The notes under the pieces are model-generated. The model did not search any database, had not been told where the DNA came from, and saw nothing but the letters and a program-made list of their open reading frames with translations. DNA of 57,208 bases from the IMG/VR virus record IMGVR_UViG_3300013093_000054, positions 1 through 57,208 of that record; one strand, 5' to 3'. Position 1 is the first letter of the stretch. Each line of letters begins with the position of its first letter. The DNA comes from a virus. Taxonomy: Duplodnaviria > Caudoviricetes. Made by a program: the position numbers and the translations under genes. Positions 9,801 to 19,270 of the stretch are shown one piece after another.

Positions 9801-12651
9801 TTATACAGGGCCAATTGGTGCAACAGGTTATACCGGTTATACGGGCGATACAGGTTATACGGGCCCTCAAGGGGCCACTGGCTATACTGGTTACACGGGA
9901 CCTCAAGGGGCGACTGGTTATACTGGTTACACAGGCCCGGTTGGCCCAACAGGATACACAGGCTATACTGGGTATACAGGTTACACAGGCACAACTGGTT
10001 ATACAGGTTATACGGGCTATACCGGTTACACAGGTATCCAAGGACCAACTGGACCAGGTGGCGCTGTCGCTTATTGGGGTTCGTTCTGGGATACAACAAC
10101 CCAGACAATCGCTAGCACGACAACTGCTTATCCGATTACGTTCAATTCTTTTGATCCTAACAGTAACCAAGTTACTATTGTATCAGGAAGCCAAATCACA
10201 TTTGCGCAGGCTGGAACATATAATATTCAATTTTCGATACAGTTTGCCAATACTGATAGCGCTCAGATTTGGAATGCCAATACATGGCTGCGCAAAAACG
10301 GCGTAAATATTCCAGATTCAAACAGCTACTGGACGATAACGAGCAAGCATGGCGGCACAAATGGTCAGATAGTTGGCGCTGCTAACTTCATTGTTGAGGT
10401 CACAGCTGGTCAATATATTGAACTTTACTGGCAGGCAGAAAGCACATCTGTCATCTTGGAAACTGTCCCTGCTGGAACGACCCCAACAACGCCAGTAAGC
10501 CCTAGCGTTATTTTGACAGCTACGCCAATCGTTTCAACGATTATTGGGCCAACTGGTTATACGGGCTATACGGGATACACTGGCTATACAGGCGCAGCAT
10601 CTACTGTAACCGGTCCAACTGGTTATACAGGGTTCACCGGCCCTCAAGGCCCAACTGGATACACTGGTTATACAGGACCTCAAGGCGCTACTGGTTACAC
10701 TGGTTACACAGGTCCTCAAGGAGCTACTGGTTATACGGGTTATACTGGGGCCATAGGCCCAACAGGATATACTGGGTATACAGGCCCACAGGGCCCAACT
10801 GGTTACACTGGGTATACGGGGCCAATTGGTGCGACAGGCTATACAGGCTACACAGGCTACACAGGCCCAACTGGCTATACGGGCTATACAGGCGATATTG
10901 GTCCGACTGGATACACAGGATATACTGGGCCCGGTATTACAGGTCCAACTGGCTATACTGGCTACACAGGTCCAGGCATTACTGGACCGACTGGTTATAC
11001 TGGCTACACTGGTTATACGGGACCAGGTGTAACGGGCCCAACTGGTTATACTGGTTATACTGGCTACACTGGGCCTCAAGGCGCTACTGGCTATACTGGA
11101 TATACCGGCGCTACTGGCCCAACTGGCTACACTGGTTATACGGGACCAGGTGTAACTGGACCAACTGGTTATACTGGTTACACCGGGTATACTGGTTACA
11201 CAGGCCCGGGCGTAACGGGACCAACCGGATATACTGGCTATACTGGTTACACAGGATACACTGGTTACACAGGCCCACAGTTAATAACGATTAATTCAAC
11301 GCCAATTGGAAGTGGCACGTCTGGTCGTATTCTTTATGACAATGCTGGCACTGTAGGCGAGCTTGTTATACCGCTTTCTATCTCAAATGGCGGAACAAAT
11401 AACTCATCTGCTTATACTGCTGGATCTGTTATATTTTCTAATGGCACTTCATTAACCCAGGATAATGCAACTTTCTTTTGGGATGACACGAATACGCAAT
11501 TGTCAGTTGGAACTAATGTAACAGCTACTACGCCAGCGAATATTCAGCTGCAAATATTTAAAGACGCATTAATTAATGGCATGACTGTCGGTCTTGGAAC
11601 TGCGCAGCTAACGACAAATACCGCAGTTGGCTATCAAACACTTTTAGGTGTGACAACAGGAGCTTCCAACACAGCTGTTGGTTATCAGGTTCTTAAAGTA
11701 AATACTATTGGAACTCAGAATACGGGTGTTGGAAACCTTGTTCTATCTGCCAATACGACAGGAAACTACAACGCTGCTGTCGGTCAGGCTTGTCTGTTTA
11801 AGAATACGACCGGATCTCAAAATTCAGCATTAGGTCAAGGTTGTCTTTTCAATAATACCACAGGTGCCAGTAATTCTGCGATTGGTGGGTCTGCGTTATT
11901 CAACAATTCTACAGGCTCTAACAACACAGCCCTTGGCCAAGCGGCTATGAACACTAATACCACGGGGGCCACAAATACAGCTGTTGGCACGTCGTCTCTC
12001 TATTCTAATACAATTGGAACAAACAACTGCGCCGTTGGTTATCAGGCTCTTTATTTTAACACTACCGGAACACCCAACACAGGCGTTGGAACGTTAGCCC
12101 TTAGAGCAAACCAGACTGGAACAAATAACGTCGCTGTTGGTGATAGTGCATTAACAGCATGCACTGGAAATCAAAATACATCTCTTGGTTCCAGCGCTGG
12201 TTCTTCGGTTACGAGTGGTTCAAATTTAACAATAATTGGCTATAATGCCCAAGCAACATCTGCGACTGCTACTAACGAAATCACTCTTGGAAATTCGTCA
12301 GTTGCAACTCTACGTTGTCAAACTACAACTATTACATCTCTTTCTGACGCAAGGGATAAAACTGAAATAAGAGTTTTACTGGCTGGAATTAATTTTATAA
12401 AAACACTTAAGCCTGTGTCGTTTATATGGTCAATGCGCGATGGAGGTAAGGTTGGTATAGAAGATTCTGGTTTTATTGCTCAAGATTTACTTGAGTCCCA
12501 AAATATTACTGGAATTAAAATTCCTGGTCTTGTTTACGATGTAAATCCAGATAGACTCGAGGCTTCTTACGGCAAGCTTATACCTGTATTAGTAAAGGCA
12601 GTTAAAGAGCTGATCGAAGAAATTGATGCCTTAAAAGGGAAAGTTGGCTGA
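6883..12651 (+). CDS. Giant collagen-like (Gly-Tyr-Thr/Gly-Pro-Thr) fibre protein with C-terminal beta-roll repeats and intramolecular chaperone (peptidase S74-like)
   Basis: Six G-X-T blocks separated by globular domains; BclA-C/C1q-like domain ([13 protein letters not shown]...[12 protein letters not shown]); 14-aa NTAVG..L..NTTG repeats; SDARDKTEI...GFIAQDL...LVKAVKEL chaperone signature. Confidence 0.85.
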   Translation: MSNVQIPNLPVAISLNGTEELEAVQAGTSVRVTSLQIAGLAPGPTGAPGPFGPTGPTGYTGYTGPGITGPQGPTGRTGPTGYTGYTGYTGDTGAPSFVTGPTGYTGYTGPTGYTGSPGTSIIYQGTVANSTLLPPQPQPVGYAYVAQDTGHLWISTGSVWSDAGPVVTNYTGATGYTGYTGYTGPTGYTGYTGSIGATGYTGPTGYTGPTGYTGPTGFTGYTGFTGPTGYTGDTGPTGYTGYTGAASTVTGPTGYTGYTGYTGYTGDTGPTGYTGYTGYTGYTGDTGPTGYTGYTGETGPTGYTGYTGETGPASDVTGPTGYTGYTGYTGYTGAASDVTGPTGYTGYTGYTGDFGPTGYTGYTGETGPTGYTGYTGETGPTGYTGYTGYTGDTGAPSDVTGPTGYTGYTGPTGYTGDTGAPSDVTGPTGYTGYTGMAGSGIQYLGTVNGFTNLPGYPSSYLGAQGDAYVDTVTQDLWVWNGLTWVNNGPFASITGPTGQTGPTGYTGDIGPTGYTGYTGDIGPTGYTGYTGDTGPTGYTGYTGDIGPTGYTGYTGATGPTGYTGSIGPAGSSATSFGYIANTTIQSGDPGTGDVLWNNTAQISATSINVSTTDGASADISVYLSLLQQGQTLVLQDSAVATSWQAFTVSAATTDNTTYWTIPVTYVSSSGAATTNFANATSLIFAVASGAIGPQGPQGVTGATGDTGPTGYTGYTGIQGIQGNVGPTGYTGYTGPQGNAGTVGDTGPTGYTGYTGYTGDTGPTGYTGYTGAASTVTGPTGYTGYTGAQGATGYTGYTGVGDTGPTGYTGPQGATGYTGYTGDQGATGYTGYTGPTGYTGYTGYTGDTGPQGATGYTGYTGAASNVTGPTGYTGYTGPQGGGIVYKGTVTDSTQLTVVDPTPSVGDAYITLDNQHLWVWNGVSWVDNGAITTTGPTGATGYTGPTGYTGYTGYTGYTGYTGAASTVTGPTGYTGYTGPIGATGYTGYTGDTGYTGPQGATGYTGYTGPQGATGYTGYTGPVGPTGYTGYTGYTGYTGTTGYTGYTGYTGYTGIQGPTGPGGAVAYWGSFWDTTTQTIASTTTAYPITFNSFDPNSNQVTIVSGSQITFAQAGTYNIQFSIQFANTDSAQIWNANTWLRKNGVNIPDSNSYWTITSKHGGTNGQIVGAANFIVEVTAGQYIELYWQAESTSVILETVPAGTTPTTPVSPSVILTATPIVSTIIGPTGYTGYTGYTGYTGAASTVTGPTGYTGFTGPQGPTGYTGYTGPQGATGYTGYTGPQGATGYTGYTGAIGPTGYTGYTGPQGPTGYTGYTGPIGATGYTGYTGYTGPTGYTGYTGDIGPTGYTGYTGPGITGPTGYTGYTGPGITGPTGYTGYTGYTGPGVTGPTGYTGYTGYTGPQGATGYTGYTGATGPTGYTGYTGPGVTGPTGYTGYTGYTGYTGPGVTGPTGYTGYTGYTGYTGYTGPQLITINSTPIGSGTSGRILYDNAGTVGELVIPLSISNGGTNNSSAYTAGSVIFSNGTSLTQDNATFFWDDTNTQLSVGTNVTATTPANIQLQIFKDALINGMTVGLGTAQLTTNTAVGYQTLLGVTTGASNTAVGYQVLKVNTIGTQNTGVGNLVLSANTTGNYNAAVGQACLFKNTTGSQNSALGQGCLFNNTTGASNSAIGGSALFNNSTGSNNTALGQAAMNTNTTGATNTAVGTSSLYSNTIGTNNCAVGYQALYFNTTGTPNTGVGTLALRANQTGTNNVAVGDSALTACTGNQNTSLGSSAGSSVTSGSNLTIIGYNAQATSATATNEITLGNSSVATLRCQTTTITSLSDARDKTEIRVLLAGINFIKTLKPVSFIWSMRDGGKVGIEDSGFIAQDLLESQNITGIKIPGLVYDVNPDRLEASYGKLIPVLVKAVKELIEEIDALKGKVG
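7009..11280 (+). repeat. Coding 9-bp-period collagen repeat tracts (GGN TAY ACN / GGN CCN ACN)
   Basis: Visible directly as degenerate ggttatact/ggcccaact units; synonymous positions are highly varied. Confidence 0.95.
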
Positions 12652-12946
12652 TATGTCTATTAAAAAAACAATAAAAGCAGCGCGCCCGACCGTCAACTCT
12701 GTTTCCGGATATGTTTTAAGTTGGGATGTTGATATTACTTTAAGAGAAGGTAGCTTTGAATATAATTACAACTATTCAAAAGATGTTGCTAATTTAAATA
12801 AAATACCATCTGATTTCTCTGAACCAGAAGTTTTAGGATATATGCCAGAAGGTCTGGAAGATGTATTTAAACACCACAAAGAATTTTTGGGTGGAAATAA
12901 TTCTTCTGAAACAATTATTGTCGATGATTTTACGTTTAGCAATTAA
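12644..12946 (+). CDS. Hypothetical protein (possible fibre assembly/accessory)
   Basis: 100-aa ORF overlapping the collagen gene stop. Confidence 0.6.
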   Translation: MADMSIKKTIKAARPTVNSVSGYVLSWDVDITLREGSFEYNYNYSKDVANLNKIPSDFSEPEVLGYMPEGLEDVFKHHKEFLGGNNSSETIIVDDFTFSN

Positions 12947-12955
12947 TAGGAGTAA

Positions 12956-13627
12956 ATTGAAATTCGCACCGTTCTTCTTTCAGCGCCATCTTATGACGGC
13001 AAAGTAAACGTATGGCACTGCACGTCTTTAACTGAAACGGTAAAAATAGGTATATCAAAAAATATTAACATTGTGGCTGTTTATATGTCTTACGATGCCT
13101 TAGTTCAAAGGGCTCGTAACGATATATTTAAACTAGCATATGATAATGATGTTGATGATCTGGTTTTTATCGATTGCGATCAAGATTGGCAACCGGAAGA
13201 TTTTTTTAAGCTTCTTTCACATGATGTCCCAATTGTTGCCGCACCAGTCATAAAAAAATCTGACGACCCTCAATATAATGTAAAATTATTAGGAAATTAT
13301 ATTATAAATGAAAAAGGGTTGGTTGAGGTAGACGGAGTTGGCACTGGATTTATGAGAATAAGAAAAGATGCTATTAAAAAAATGTGGTCTGCCTCAAGTG
13401 AATATCGTGAAAGACATAAGGAAGATTCGTCTCGTATGGTATTTGAAGTAAAAGTTATGAATGGGGAAATCTGGGCAGAAGACATTGTTTTTTGTGATAA
13501 ATGGATTAAATTGGGCGGTAAGGTATATATTGACCCATCCATTAATTGCGGCCATTCAGGTGAAAAAAGATGGGTAGGGAATTTTTCGTCTTGGATCAAG
13601 ACCTTAAACTTAAAAGGAGGGGTGTAA
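12956..13627 (+). CDS. GT-A fold glycosyltransferase (GT2-like); start codon uncertain
   Basis: RARN..., FIDCD (DxD), GVGTGFMRI, EDIVFC and CGH motifs. The frame stays open upstream of the called GTG (13073), encoding IRTVLLSAPSYDGKV, back to ATT at 12956/12962 behind an AGGAG RBS. Confidence 0.75.
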   Translation: MEIRTVLLSAPSYDGKVNVWHCTSLTETVKIGISKNINIVAVYMSYDALVQRARNDIFKLAYDNDVDDLVFIDCDQDWQPEDFFKLLSHDVPIVAAPVIKKSDDPQYNVKLLGNYIINEKGLVEVDGVGTGFMRIRKDAIKKMWSASSEYRERHKEDSSRMVFEVKVMNGEIWAEDIVFCDKWIKLGGKVYIDPSINCGHSGEKRWVGNFSSWIKTLNLKGGV

Positions 13628-13628
13628 A

Positions 13629-13817
13629 ATGGAAAACGAAATTATCAAGCTGGAGTTAACACTAGGTCAGGTTAACCACATTTTGGCTGTGTTAGGTGAG
13701 GCATCTTTTGTAAAAGCCGCAGACCCCGTAAACTGGATACGCGAGCAGGCGATTCCGCAGCATGCGGAAATAGCTAAGAAATATCCTGCTGAAGAAATAG
13801 CGCAAGCAGCAGAATAA
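13629..13817 (+). CDS. Small hypothetical protein
   Basis: 62-aa ORF with GGAGG RBS, in operon. Confidence 0.65.
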   Translation: MENEIIKLELTLGQVNHILAVLGEASFVKAADPVNWIREQAIPQHAEIAKKYPAEEIAQAAE

Positions 13818-13851
13818 ATATAAATTCGCATAAGAGAGGAAGGGTCTCGTT

Positions 13852-14487
13852 ATGCATACATCGGCGTATAATCATGCGCAGCGTTTTTACGACTGCTATA
13901 ACGGGGCTTTCCCTGATGGGTTTAAGGTAATTGAAATTGGTTCTCAAGACGTCAATGGCTCTTTGCGGCCTATTTTTGAAAGAGACTGCGACTATACGGG
14001 CGTAGACTTTGTGGCTGGTAAGGGCGTAGATCTTGTCTTAACCGACCCATACAAACTGCCTCTTCCAGACAAATGCGCAGATATCGTTGTTTCAAGCTCA
14101 TGTTTTGAACATTCAGAAATGTTTTGGCTGACGTTCCTAGAGATCATGCGCATATTAAAGCCGCATGGTTTGTTTTATCTAAATGTTCCATCCAACGGTA
14201 TTTATCATACTTACCCCGTTGACTGCTGGCGGTTCTTTCCAGACAGCGGAAAGGCGCTCGTAACATGGGCCAAGCGCAATGGAATAAACGCAGCTCTTCT
14301 TGAATCCTATATTGGCTTCAAAGAAGGTGAAATGATTTGGAACGATTTTACGGCTATTTTTCTTAAAGACGAAAAGAATATAGAAAAACATAAAAAGCGC
14401 ATTCTTAGCGTCCTGAAAGATTTCCATAACGGATATGTTTATGAAAATCCTGAGATTATGAACCGCGTTTATTGGCACGATAAATGA
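13852..14487 (+). CDS. Class I SAM-dependent methyltransferase (type 11-like)
   Basis: VIEIGSQDVNG motif I; YTGVD; DIVVSSSCFEH; RILKPHG; YPVDCWRF. Confidence 0.85.
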   Translation: MHTSAYNHAQRFYDCYNGAFPDGFKVIEIGSQDVNGSLRPIFERDCDYTGVDFVAGKGVDLVLTDPYKLPLPDKCADIVVSSSCFEHSEMFWLTFLEIMRILKPHGLFYLNVPSNGIYHTYPVDCWRFFPDSGKALVTWAKRNGINAALLESYIGFKEGEMIWNDFTAIFLKDEKNIEKHKKRILSVLKDFHNGYVYENPEIMNRVYWHDK

Positions 14488-15092
14488 CTCCGATACTCGT
14501 ATGCACGGTTACGGGGCGTAGCCTTCCAGTTCTTGAAGCGAGCGTTAAAGCTTATTGCTCGGACGTTTCGTTGATCGCGCATCACGTTGATCGGTCAACT
14601 TTTGGTCAATCGTATAACACCGCATTAGATGAGGCCTTTAAACAATACGATGAAGTTATTATCGCAAATGACGATGTTGTTTTGACGCCATCTACATATA
14701 CGACTTTACTTGAAGATGTGGCCGCGTTAAAATCAGAGCATGGCGATAAGGTAGGTATAGTTGGCGCTAGGTCTGATTGCGTTCGAGAAGCGCAAAATAT
14801 TAAAGAGAATCTGCCAGAAGAAGTTTTCTCAACGCTGTATGTATCCCCATTATTCGCTTGGATTCCAAAGATCGTTTTTGATATTACGCGCTTCCCGCAT
14901 ACAAACTGGTTTAGCGACGATATGATTTGTATGGATTTGAATTATGCTGGCTTTACCAATTGGGTGTCTCGGGCGTATGTCCATCATGCCGGATCTCAGA
15001 CGGTCGGCAATAATACATGGGAAATGTATTTACAGGCCATAGACTGGATAGAAAAGAATAGACCAGAACGTCTACATAGGTTTAAACGATGA
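14484..15092 (+). CDS. GT2-like glycosyltransferase
   Basis: FGQSYN, IIANDDVVL (NDD), FSDD and YVHHAGSQT motifs. Confidence 0.8.
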   Translation: MTPILVCTVTGRSLPVLEASVKAYCSDVSLIAHHVDRSTFGQSYNTALDEAFKQYDEVIIANDDVVLTPSTYTTLLEDVAALKSEHGDKVGIVGARSDCVREAQNIKENLPEEVFSTLYVSPLFAWIPKIVFDITRFPHTNWFSDDMICMDLNYAGFTNWVSRAYVHHAGSQTVGNNTWEMYLQAIDWIEKNRPERLHRFKR

Positions 15093-15943
15093 AAATTATA
15101 GATGCTTTTACGTTTTATAATAATGTAGACATATTAAAAATGAGGCTCCAGCTTCATTTTGATCATGTGGACGAATTTTATATTTGCGAATCTGACCATA
15201 CATATTCCGGCAGACCAAAAGAATTTATTTTAGAGCAGCATTTGCATGAGATAAATCCCTGGATAGATAAGGTTCGATATATAAAATATCATGCCGACCC
15301 AAGTGGATTAGATTTTTCTCAGGAATTTAAAGACGAAATTCTCAATCTTAGCAATCCCGGCTGGATTATGGAGTTCAGGCAACGCAACCAACTAAAAGAA
15401 CATATCCAAGATTTTGGCGATAATGATGTTATTGCAATTTGCGATATTGATGAATTTATTAGCCATGATGTTTTTAACTATATTAGGCAAAATGGTCTCG
15501 GGCCAGATGAGTTACGTTTAAATCTCGTCATGCATCACTATTACATGAATTGCATACAACCTGGAAGGATATGGACACAACCATTTATGTGCAAGGGGTC
15601 CAGATTTCGGCAGATAGATGACGTATCCTTTCACCGGCACTGCGTAGGTATGTATCATTGGTGGCCTAATGCTGGCTGGCATTTTTCCAACCTTGGCGGC
15701 TATGAAGCCATAATGGATAAGATGCTTGCCACTTGTCATACAGAGTTTATTACCAATGGCGTAAATGACCCTGAATATATAAAAAATTGTATGAAATATG
15801 GGATCTTACCTAACATAAAAAAACCAACGCCATCTCTGGCTACATGTGAATTGGCTTTTGTGAAATTAGACGCATATCCCCCCTATTTGCGTAAAATTAT
15901 GCTAGATAATCCAAAATATATTGTTACCGATTTGACGGTTTAA
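15089..15943 (+). CDS. GT17-family (beta-1,4-GlcNAc transferase/MGAT3-like) glycosyltransferase
   Basis: KIIDAFTFYNNVDIL.MRL...VDEFYICESDHTYSGRPK; EFRQRN; CDIDE; AGWHFS. Confidence 0.85.
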   Translation: MKIIDAFTFYNNVDILKMRLQLHFDHVDEFYICESDHTYSGRPKEFILEQHLHEINPWIDKVRYIKYHADPSGLDFSQEFKDEILNLSNPGWIMEFRQRNQLKEHIQDFGDNDVIAICDIDEFISHDVFNYIRQNGLGPDELRLNLVMHHYYMNCIQPGRIWTQPFMCKGSRFRQIDDVSFHRHCVGMYHWWPNAGWHFSNLGGYEAIMDKMLATCHTEFITNGVNDPEYIKNCMKYGILPNIKKPTPSLATCELAFVKLDAYPPYLRKIMLDNPKYIVTDLTV

Positions 15944-15956
15944 GGAAGGGAAAACA

Positions 15957-17066
15957 ATGGAAACTATAGAATTAACGGCGACGGAAATTATCCCGGAAAA
16001 GAAAAAGCTGAAGATATGCGTCTACGGTATCTCAAAAAACGAAGAAATGTTTATTCAGCGATGGGCTGATTCTGCTAGGCAGGCAGACCTTATTCTCCTT
16101 GCTGATACAGGCAGCGACGACGATACCGTCAAGCTGGCAAAGGAAAGCGGCGTCCAAGTCCATCATATCCACATCAAGCCGTGGCGCTTTGACCATGCCA
16201 GAAACGCCGCTCTTTGCCTGATCCCAGGCGACTTTGATGTCTGCGTCAGCCTAGACATTGACGAAATCTTGGAGCCCGGTTGGCGCGAAGAAATTGAGCG
16301 CCTATGGGAACCAGATACGACCCGTATGCGCTATATCTTTGACTGGGGGATGGGTAAGAAATTTTACCATGTCAAAATTCATAGCCGCCATAGCCACTTC
16401 TGGAAACATGCCTGCCACGAAGTTCCTGTCACAGACATGCGGACTCCAGAAAAGTTCTGTTTTACCGAGAAGCAGATGGTGACGCATTACCCAGATCATA
16501 CCAAAAGCCGGGCGCAATATTTTGGCATCCTAAAGGTTGCTGTGGACGAAGACCCAAGCTGCCCCCGCAACGCTTTTTACTGGGCCCGTGAGCTTTCCTA
16601 CTACAGCAAATGGGAAGAGGCGCTAGTAGCGCTTAAAAAATACCTTGATATGCCTAGCGCAACATGGAACTGCGAGCGATGCTACGCTTACATAACCATG
16701 GCAAAATGTTATGGAGCGCTTGGAAATCCTGTTGAAGAAGAAAAATCGCTCCTCAAGGCGGCTATGGAAGCAGGCGAAACGCGGGAACCGTGGGTGGCAA
16801 TGGCGGACTTAATGTATCGACAAAACCGCTGGGCTGAATGCTTTGCTTACGCCATGCGGGCGGTAAATATTACCTACCGGGCCAACAATTATACGGAAGA
16901 TCCAAATTGCTGGGGATGGCGTCCGCATGACTTTGCCGCTATCGCAGCTTTCCGGTTGGGATTGAAGGAAATAAGTATCCAACAGGGGCAGATTGCGGTA
17001 GAATTGGAGCCGGAAGATCAACGCCTAAAAGATAATCTTTTGTGGTATATTGGTGAAAAGTCATGA
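15957..17066 (+). CDS. GT2 + TPR glycosyltransferase (protein O-glycosyltransferase architecture)
   Basis: ICVYGISKNEE, DTGSDD.T, WRFDHARNAAL, SLDIDE and HE motifs, followed by helical TPR-like repeats. Confidence 0.85.
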   Translation: METIELTATEIIPEKKKLKICVYGISKNEEMFIQRWADSARQADLILLADTGSDDDTVKLAKESGVQVHHIHIKPWRFDHARNAALCLIPGDFDVCVSLDIDEILEPGWREEIERLWEPDTTRMRYIFDWGMGKKFYHVKIHSRHSHFWKHACHEVPVTDMRTPEKFCFTEKQMVTHYPDHTKSRAQYFGILKVAVDEDPSCPRNAFYWARELSYYSKWEEALVALKKYLDMPSATWNCERCYAYITMAKCYGALGNPVEEEKSLLKAAMEAGETREPWVAMADLMYRQNRWAECFAYAMRAVNITYRANNYTEDPNCWGWRPHDFAAIAAFRLGLKEISIQQGQIAVELEPEDQRLKDNLLWYIGEKS

Positions 17067-17326
17067 TGGAGACAGGGATGGAGCCGCAAACAGTTATTAA
17101 TATTGTGGCAGGCACCGTCCTGATGGTAGCCGGGTGGCTTTTTAGGGAGCTTTGGCAAGCTGTCAAAGCTCTCCAAGCCGACCTTCGTAAGATAGAAGTA
17201 GACTTGCCATCGAATTATATCCGAAAAGACGAATTTGGCGAGGGGATGCGTGAAATAAAAGAAATGCTCGCTAAGATATTCGACAAATTAGACGGTAAAG
17301 TAGACAAACATTGGGGCGATAAATGA
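17063..17326 (+). CDS. Probable holin-like membrane protein (single TM + coiled coil)
   Basis: N-terminal TM (IVAGTVLMVAGWLF), directly upstream of and overlapping the endolysin start. Confidence 0.5.
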   Translation: MMETGMEPQTVINIVAGTVLMVAGWLFRELWQAVKALQADLRKIEVDLPSNYIRKDEFGEGMREIKEMLAKIFDKLDGKVDKHWGDK

Positions 17327-17793
17327 CCTGGCCCCTTCAGTCCGAATGTTTAAAAATGTTTGGCAACCCCTATGCGCCCGGCTGGGGGAATACGCACATT
17401 GTCCATATTAATTGCCCGTGGCAGCTCTATATGGGGCCGCTGCATATTCCGTATATTAAAATAAATAAGATTGCCGCCGAGTCTTTAACTCGTGTCTTAA
17501 ACCATGTCTGGGATGAATGCGGAAAGGACCCAGACAAAATACACGCCATCCATGCCGACCAGTTCTCAGGGGACTGGGTCATCCGTCAGGCGCGCGGCCT
17601 GAAGATGATATCAATGCATAGCTATGGCCTAGCAATAGATTGGGACGCTCCCCACAACCAGCTAGGTTCAAGAACGCATTTTTTTACGGCTGATAACCCA
17701 CTCATTAAGGCTTTTCTTGATGAGGGATGGATTTGGGGAGGCCAATGGAGCAGACCGGACGCAATGCACGTTCAAGCGGCGAGGGTTGGTTAA
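17323..17793 (+). CDS. Endolysin, M15-family Zn peptidase
   Basis: SMHSYGLAID (SxHxxGxAxD) and WGGQW..PDAMHVQ motifs. Confidence 0.85.
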   Translation: MTWPLQSECLKMFGNPYAPGWGNTHIVHINCPWQLYMGPLHIPYIKINKIAAESLTRVLNHVWDECGKDPDKIHAIHADQFSGDWVIRQARGLKMISMHSYGLAIDWDAPHNQLGSRTHFFTADNPLIKAFLDEGWIWGGQWSRPDAMHVQAARVG

Positions 17794-17816
17794 ATAGGCA
17801 AACGGTAGGGGCGCTT

Positions 17817-17978
17817 GTGGCGGCCATATCATACAGTATCGTATTAATAAGTTTGGCAGCCCTTGCAGGCTGCACTCAGATAGAAGGTGATGGATTTTCT
17901 AACAATGGCCATGAGTATGGTCCTGTTAGATGCGTTAAGGCGAAAGATAACGTTCTTCGTTGTTATACGATTAAATAG
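17817..17978 (+). CDS. Small lipoprotein
   Basis: Likely GTG start at 17817; hydrophobic stretch ending in lipobox LAGC; mature part has a further Cys pair. Confidence 0.5.
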   Translation: MAAISYSIVLISLAALAGCTQIEGDGFSNNGHEYGPVRCVKAKDNVLRCYTIK

Positions 17979-17987
17979 GAGACAGAC

Positions 17988-18161
17988 ATGGGTTCAATTG
18001 GTTCTTTTGTAGTTGCCAAACTGCGTGAAGGCTCAACCTGGGCCGGTATCGCTACGCTGATTGCTGGCGCAAGCTTTATTCCTCATGCTCAAGAGATCGG
18101 TGCTTTGGTTCCAACTGTTGGCACGCTGGTAGCTGGCGTTTTGGCGATCTGGTTTAAATAA
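17988..18161 (+). CDS. Probable holin (57 aa, 2 TM), absent from the ORF track
   Basis: AGGAG RBS; MGSIGSFVVAKLREGSTWAGIATLIAGASFIPHAQEIGALVPTVGTLVAGVLAIWFK; stop overlaps the next ATG (TAATG). Confidence 0.7.
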   Translation: MGSIGSFVVAKLREGSTWAGIATLIAGASFIPHAQEIGALVPTVGTLVAGVLAIWFK

Positions 18162-18400
18162 TGGTCGCTACAATCTTATCTCTTATCGGCGCGCTATTTA
18201 CGCTTGCCGGTAAGATATTTGATTGGTTAAACGCACAACAATTAATTGATGTCGGCAAGACGGCGCAGCAGGTTCAGGATTTAAAGGGGCAAGTAGATGC
18301 TGCACATGAGGCGCTTCAAGCCCGTCTGGATATTGAGCGCGATAGCATTGACAAGCCTGACAGCGTGTCAGTCGACGACGGGTTCAAGCGCCCTGACTGA
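18161..18400 (+). CDS. Probable i-spanin (Rz-like)
   Basis: N-terminal hydrophobic anchor plus helical region; overlapped by a lipoprotein gene in another frame. Confidence 0.6.
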   Translation: MVATILSLIGALFTLAGKIFDWLNAQQLIDVGKTAQQVQDLKGQVDAAHEALQARLDIERDSIDKPDSVSVDDGFKRPD

Positions 18401-18521
18401 TAGGCTGGCTTTTTGTGATGGGGCAAAACCTATTTATTGGTCAAAAAAAGATACGGACAAAACAATTTGGCAGGTGAAGGCGCATAACAATGTAGGCAAG
18501 GAAGCCTGCAACTGGAGATAG
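18297..18521 (+). CDS. Probable o-spanin lipoprotein (Rz1-like)
   Basis: MRRFK + hydrophobic stretch + LTAC lipobox; extra cysteines; overlaps the 3' half of the Rz-like gene. Confidence 0.7.
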   Translation: MLHMRRFKPVWILSAIALTSLTACQSTTGSSALTDRLAFCDGAKPIYWSKKDTDKTIWQVKAHNNVGKEACNWR

Positions 18522-18524
18522 GTA

Positions 18525-19265
18525 ATGACTACTGGCCTTAGTTATGATGGATCTGTAGCAGGGACGACTTCGTATGTCGCTCAGATATCAACTATGGCCG
18601 TCGTTGATCCGACAGATCCAGCGTTTTTGACCATTTTACCACAAATGATAACTTATGCTGAAAATAGAATATATCGTGAAGTCGACTTTTTATTTACATC
18701 AATTTCTACAACTTCTTATGGATTAACTGTTGGTAGTCGTATTATTTCTGTTCCAGCAGGAACGCTAGTAGTCCCAGAGCAAATAAACGTCCTAACGCCA
18801 GCAGGGACAACTAATCCCGATGCGGCAACAAGAAACCCATTGCTGCCAACAACCAAAGAATATCTGGATGCGGTGTGGGGCAATTACGCCAATACTGGTT
18901 TGCCCGTCTATTGGTGCCCCTTTGACGACTATACCTTCTTGGTAGGGCCCTATCCAGATCAAAATTATACAGTAGAAATAGTAGGAACATATCGCCCTAA
19001 TAGCTTGTCGGCTTCTAATTTAACAACATTTATTAGCCTATATCTCCCCGATCTATTTATTATGGCATCAATGATATACGTCTCAGCATACCAAAGAAAT
19101 TTTTCAAGCGCTGCTGGCAACGATCCGCAAATGCCTGTTACTTATGAAACGCAATATCAGACGCTTCTCAAATCTGCCCTTAGCGAAGAGAATCGCAAAA
19201 AATTTGAGGCAGCAGCGTGGTCGTCTCAAGGTGTTTCTACTTCAGCTACGCCGACTAGAGGTTAA
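18525..19265 (+). CDS. Probable head-tail adaptor / tail tubular protein A-like
   Basis: ITYAENRIYRE, VGPYPDQNYTVEI and PDLFIMASM pattern of phage adaptor proteins; sits directly upstream of the nozzle-like gene. Confidence 0.6.
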   Translation: MTTGLSYDGSVAGTTSYVAQISTMAVVDPTDPAFLTILPQMITYAENRIYREVDFLFTSISTTSYGLTVGSRIISVPAGTLVVPEQINVLTPAGTTNPDAATRNPLLPTTKEYLDAVWGNYANTGLPVYWCPFDDYTFLVGPYPDQNYTVEIVGTYRPNSLSASNLTTFISLYLPDLFIMASMIYVSAYQRNFSSAAGNDPQMPVTYETQYQTLLKSALSEENRKKFEAAAWSSQGVSTSATPTRG

Positions 19266-19270
19266 GTATA

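Noticed and set aside
7049-11079. Many alternative-frame and antisense ORFs (up to 310 aa) over the collagen
   Set aside because: Shadows of the low-complexity repeat; no RBS or recognisable domains.
7009-11280. Repeat tracts as CRISPR array or DNA satellite
   Set aside because: They have a 9-bp period with third-position variation inside one open frame, and no constant repeat with unique spacers.
12956-17066. GT cluster as DNA hypermodification system
   Set aside because: No base hydroxymethylase or phage DNA polymerase seen, and the location is in the late structural operon. Disfavoured rather than excluded.
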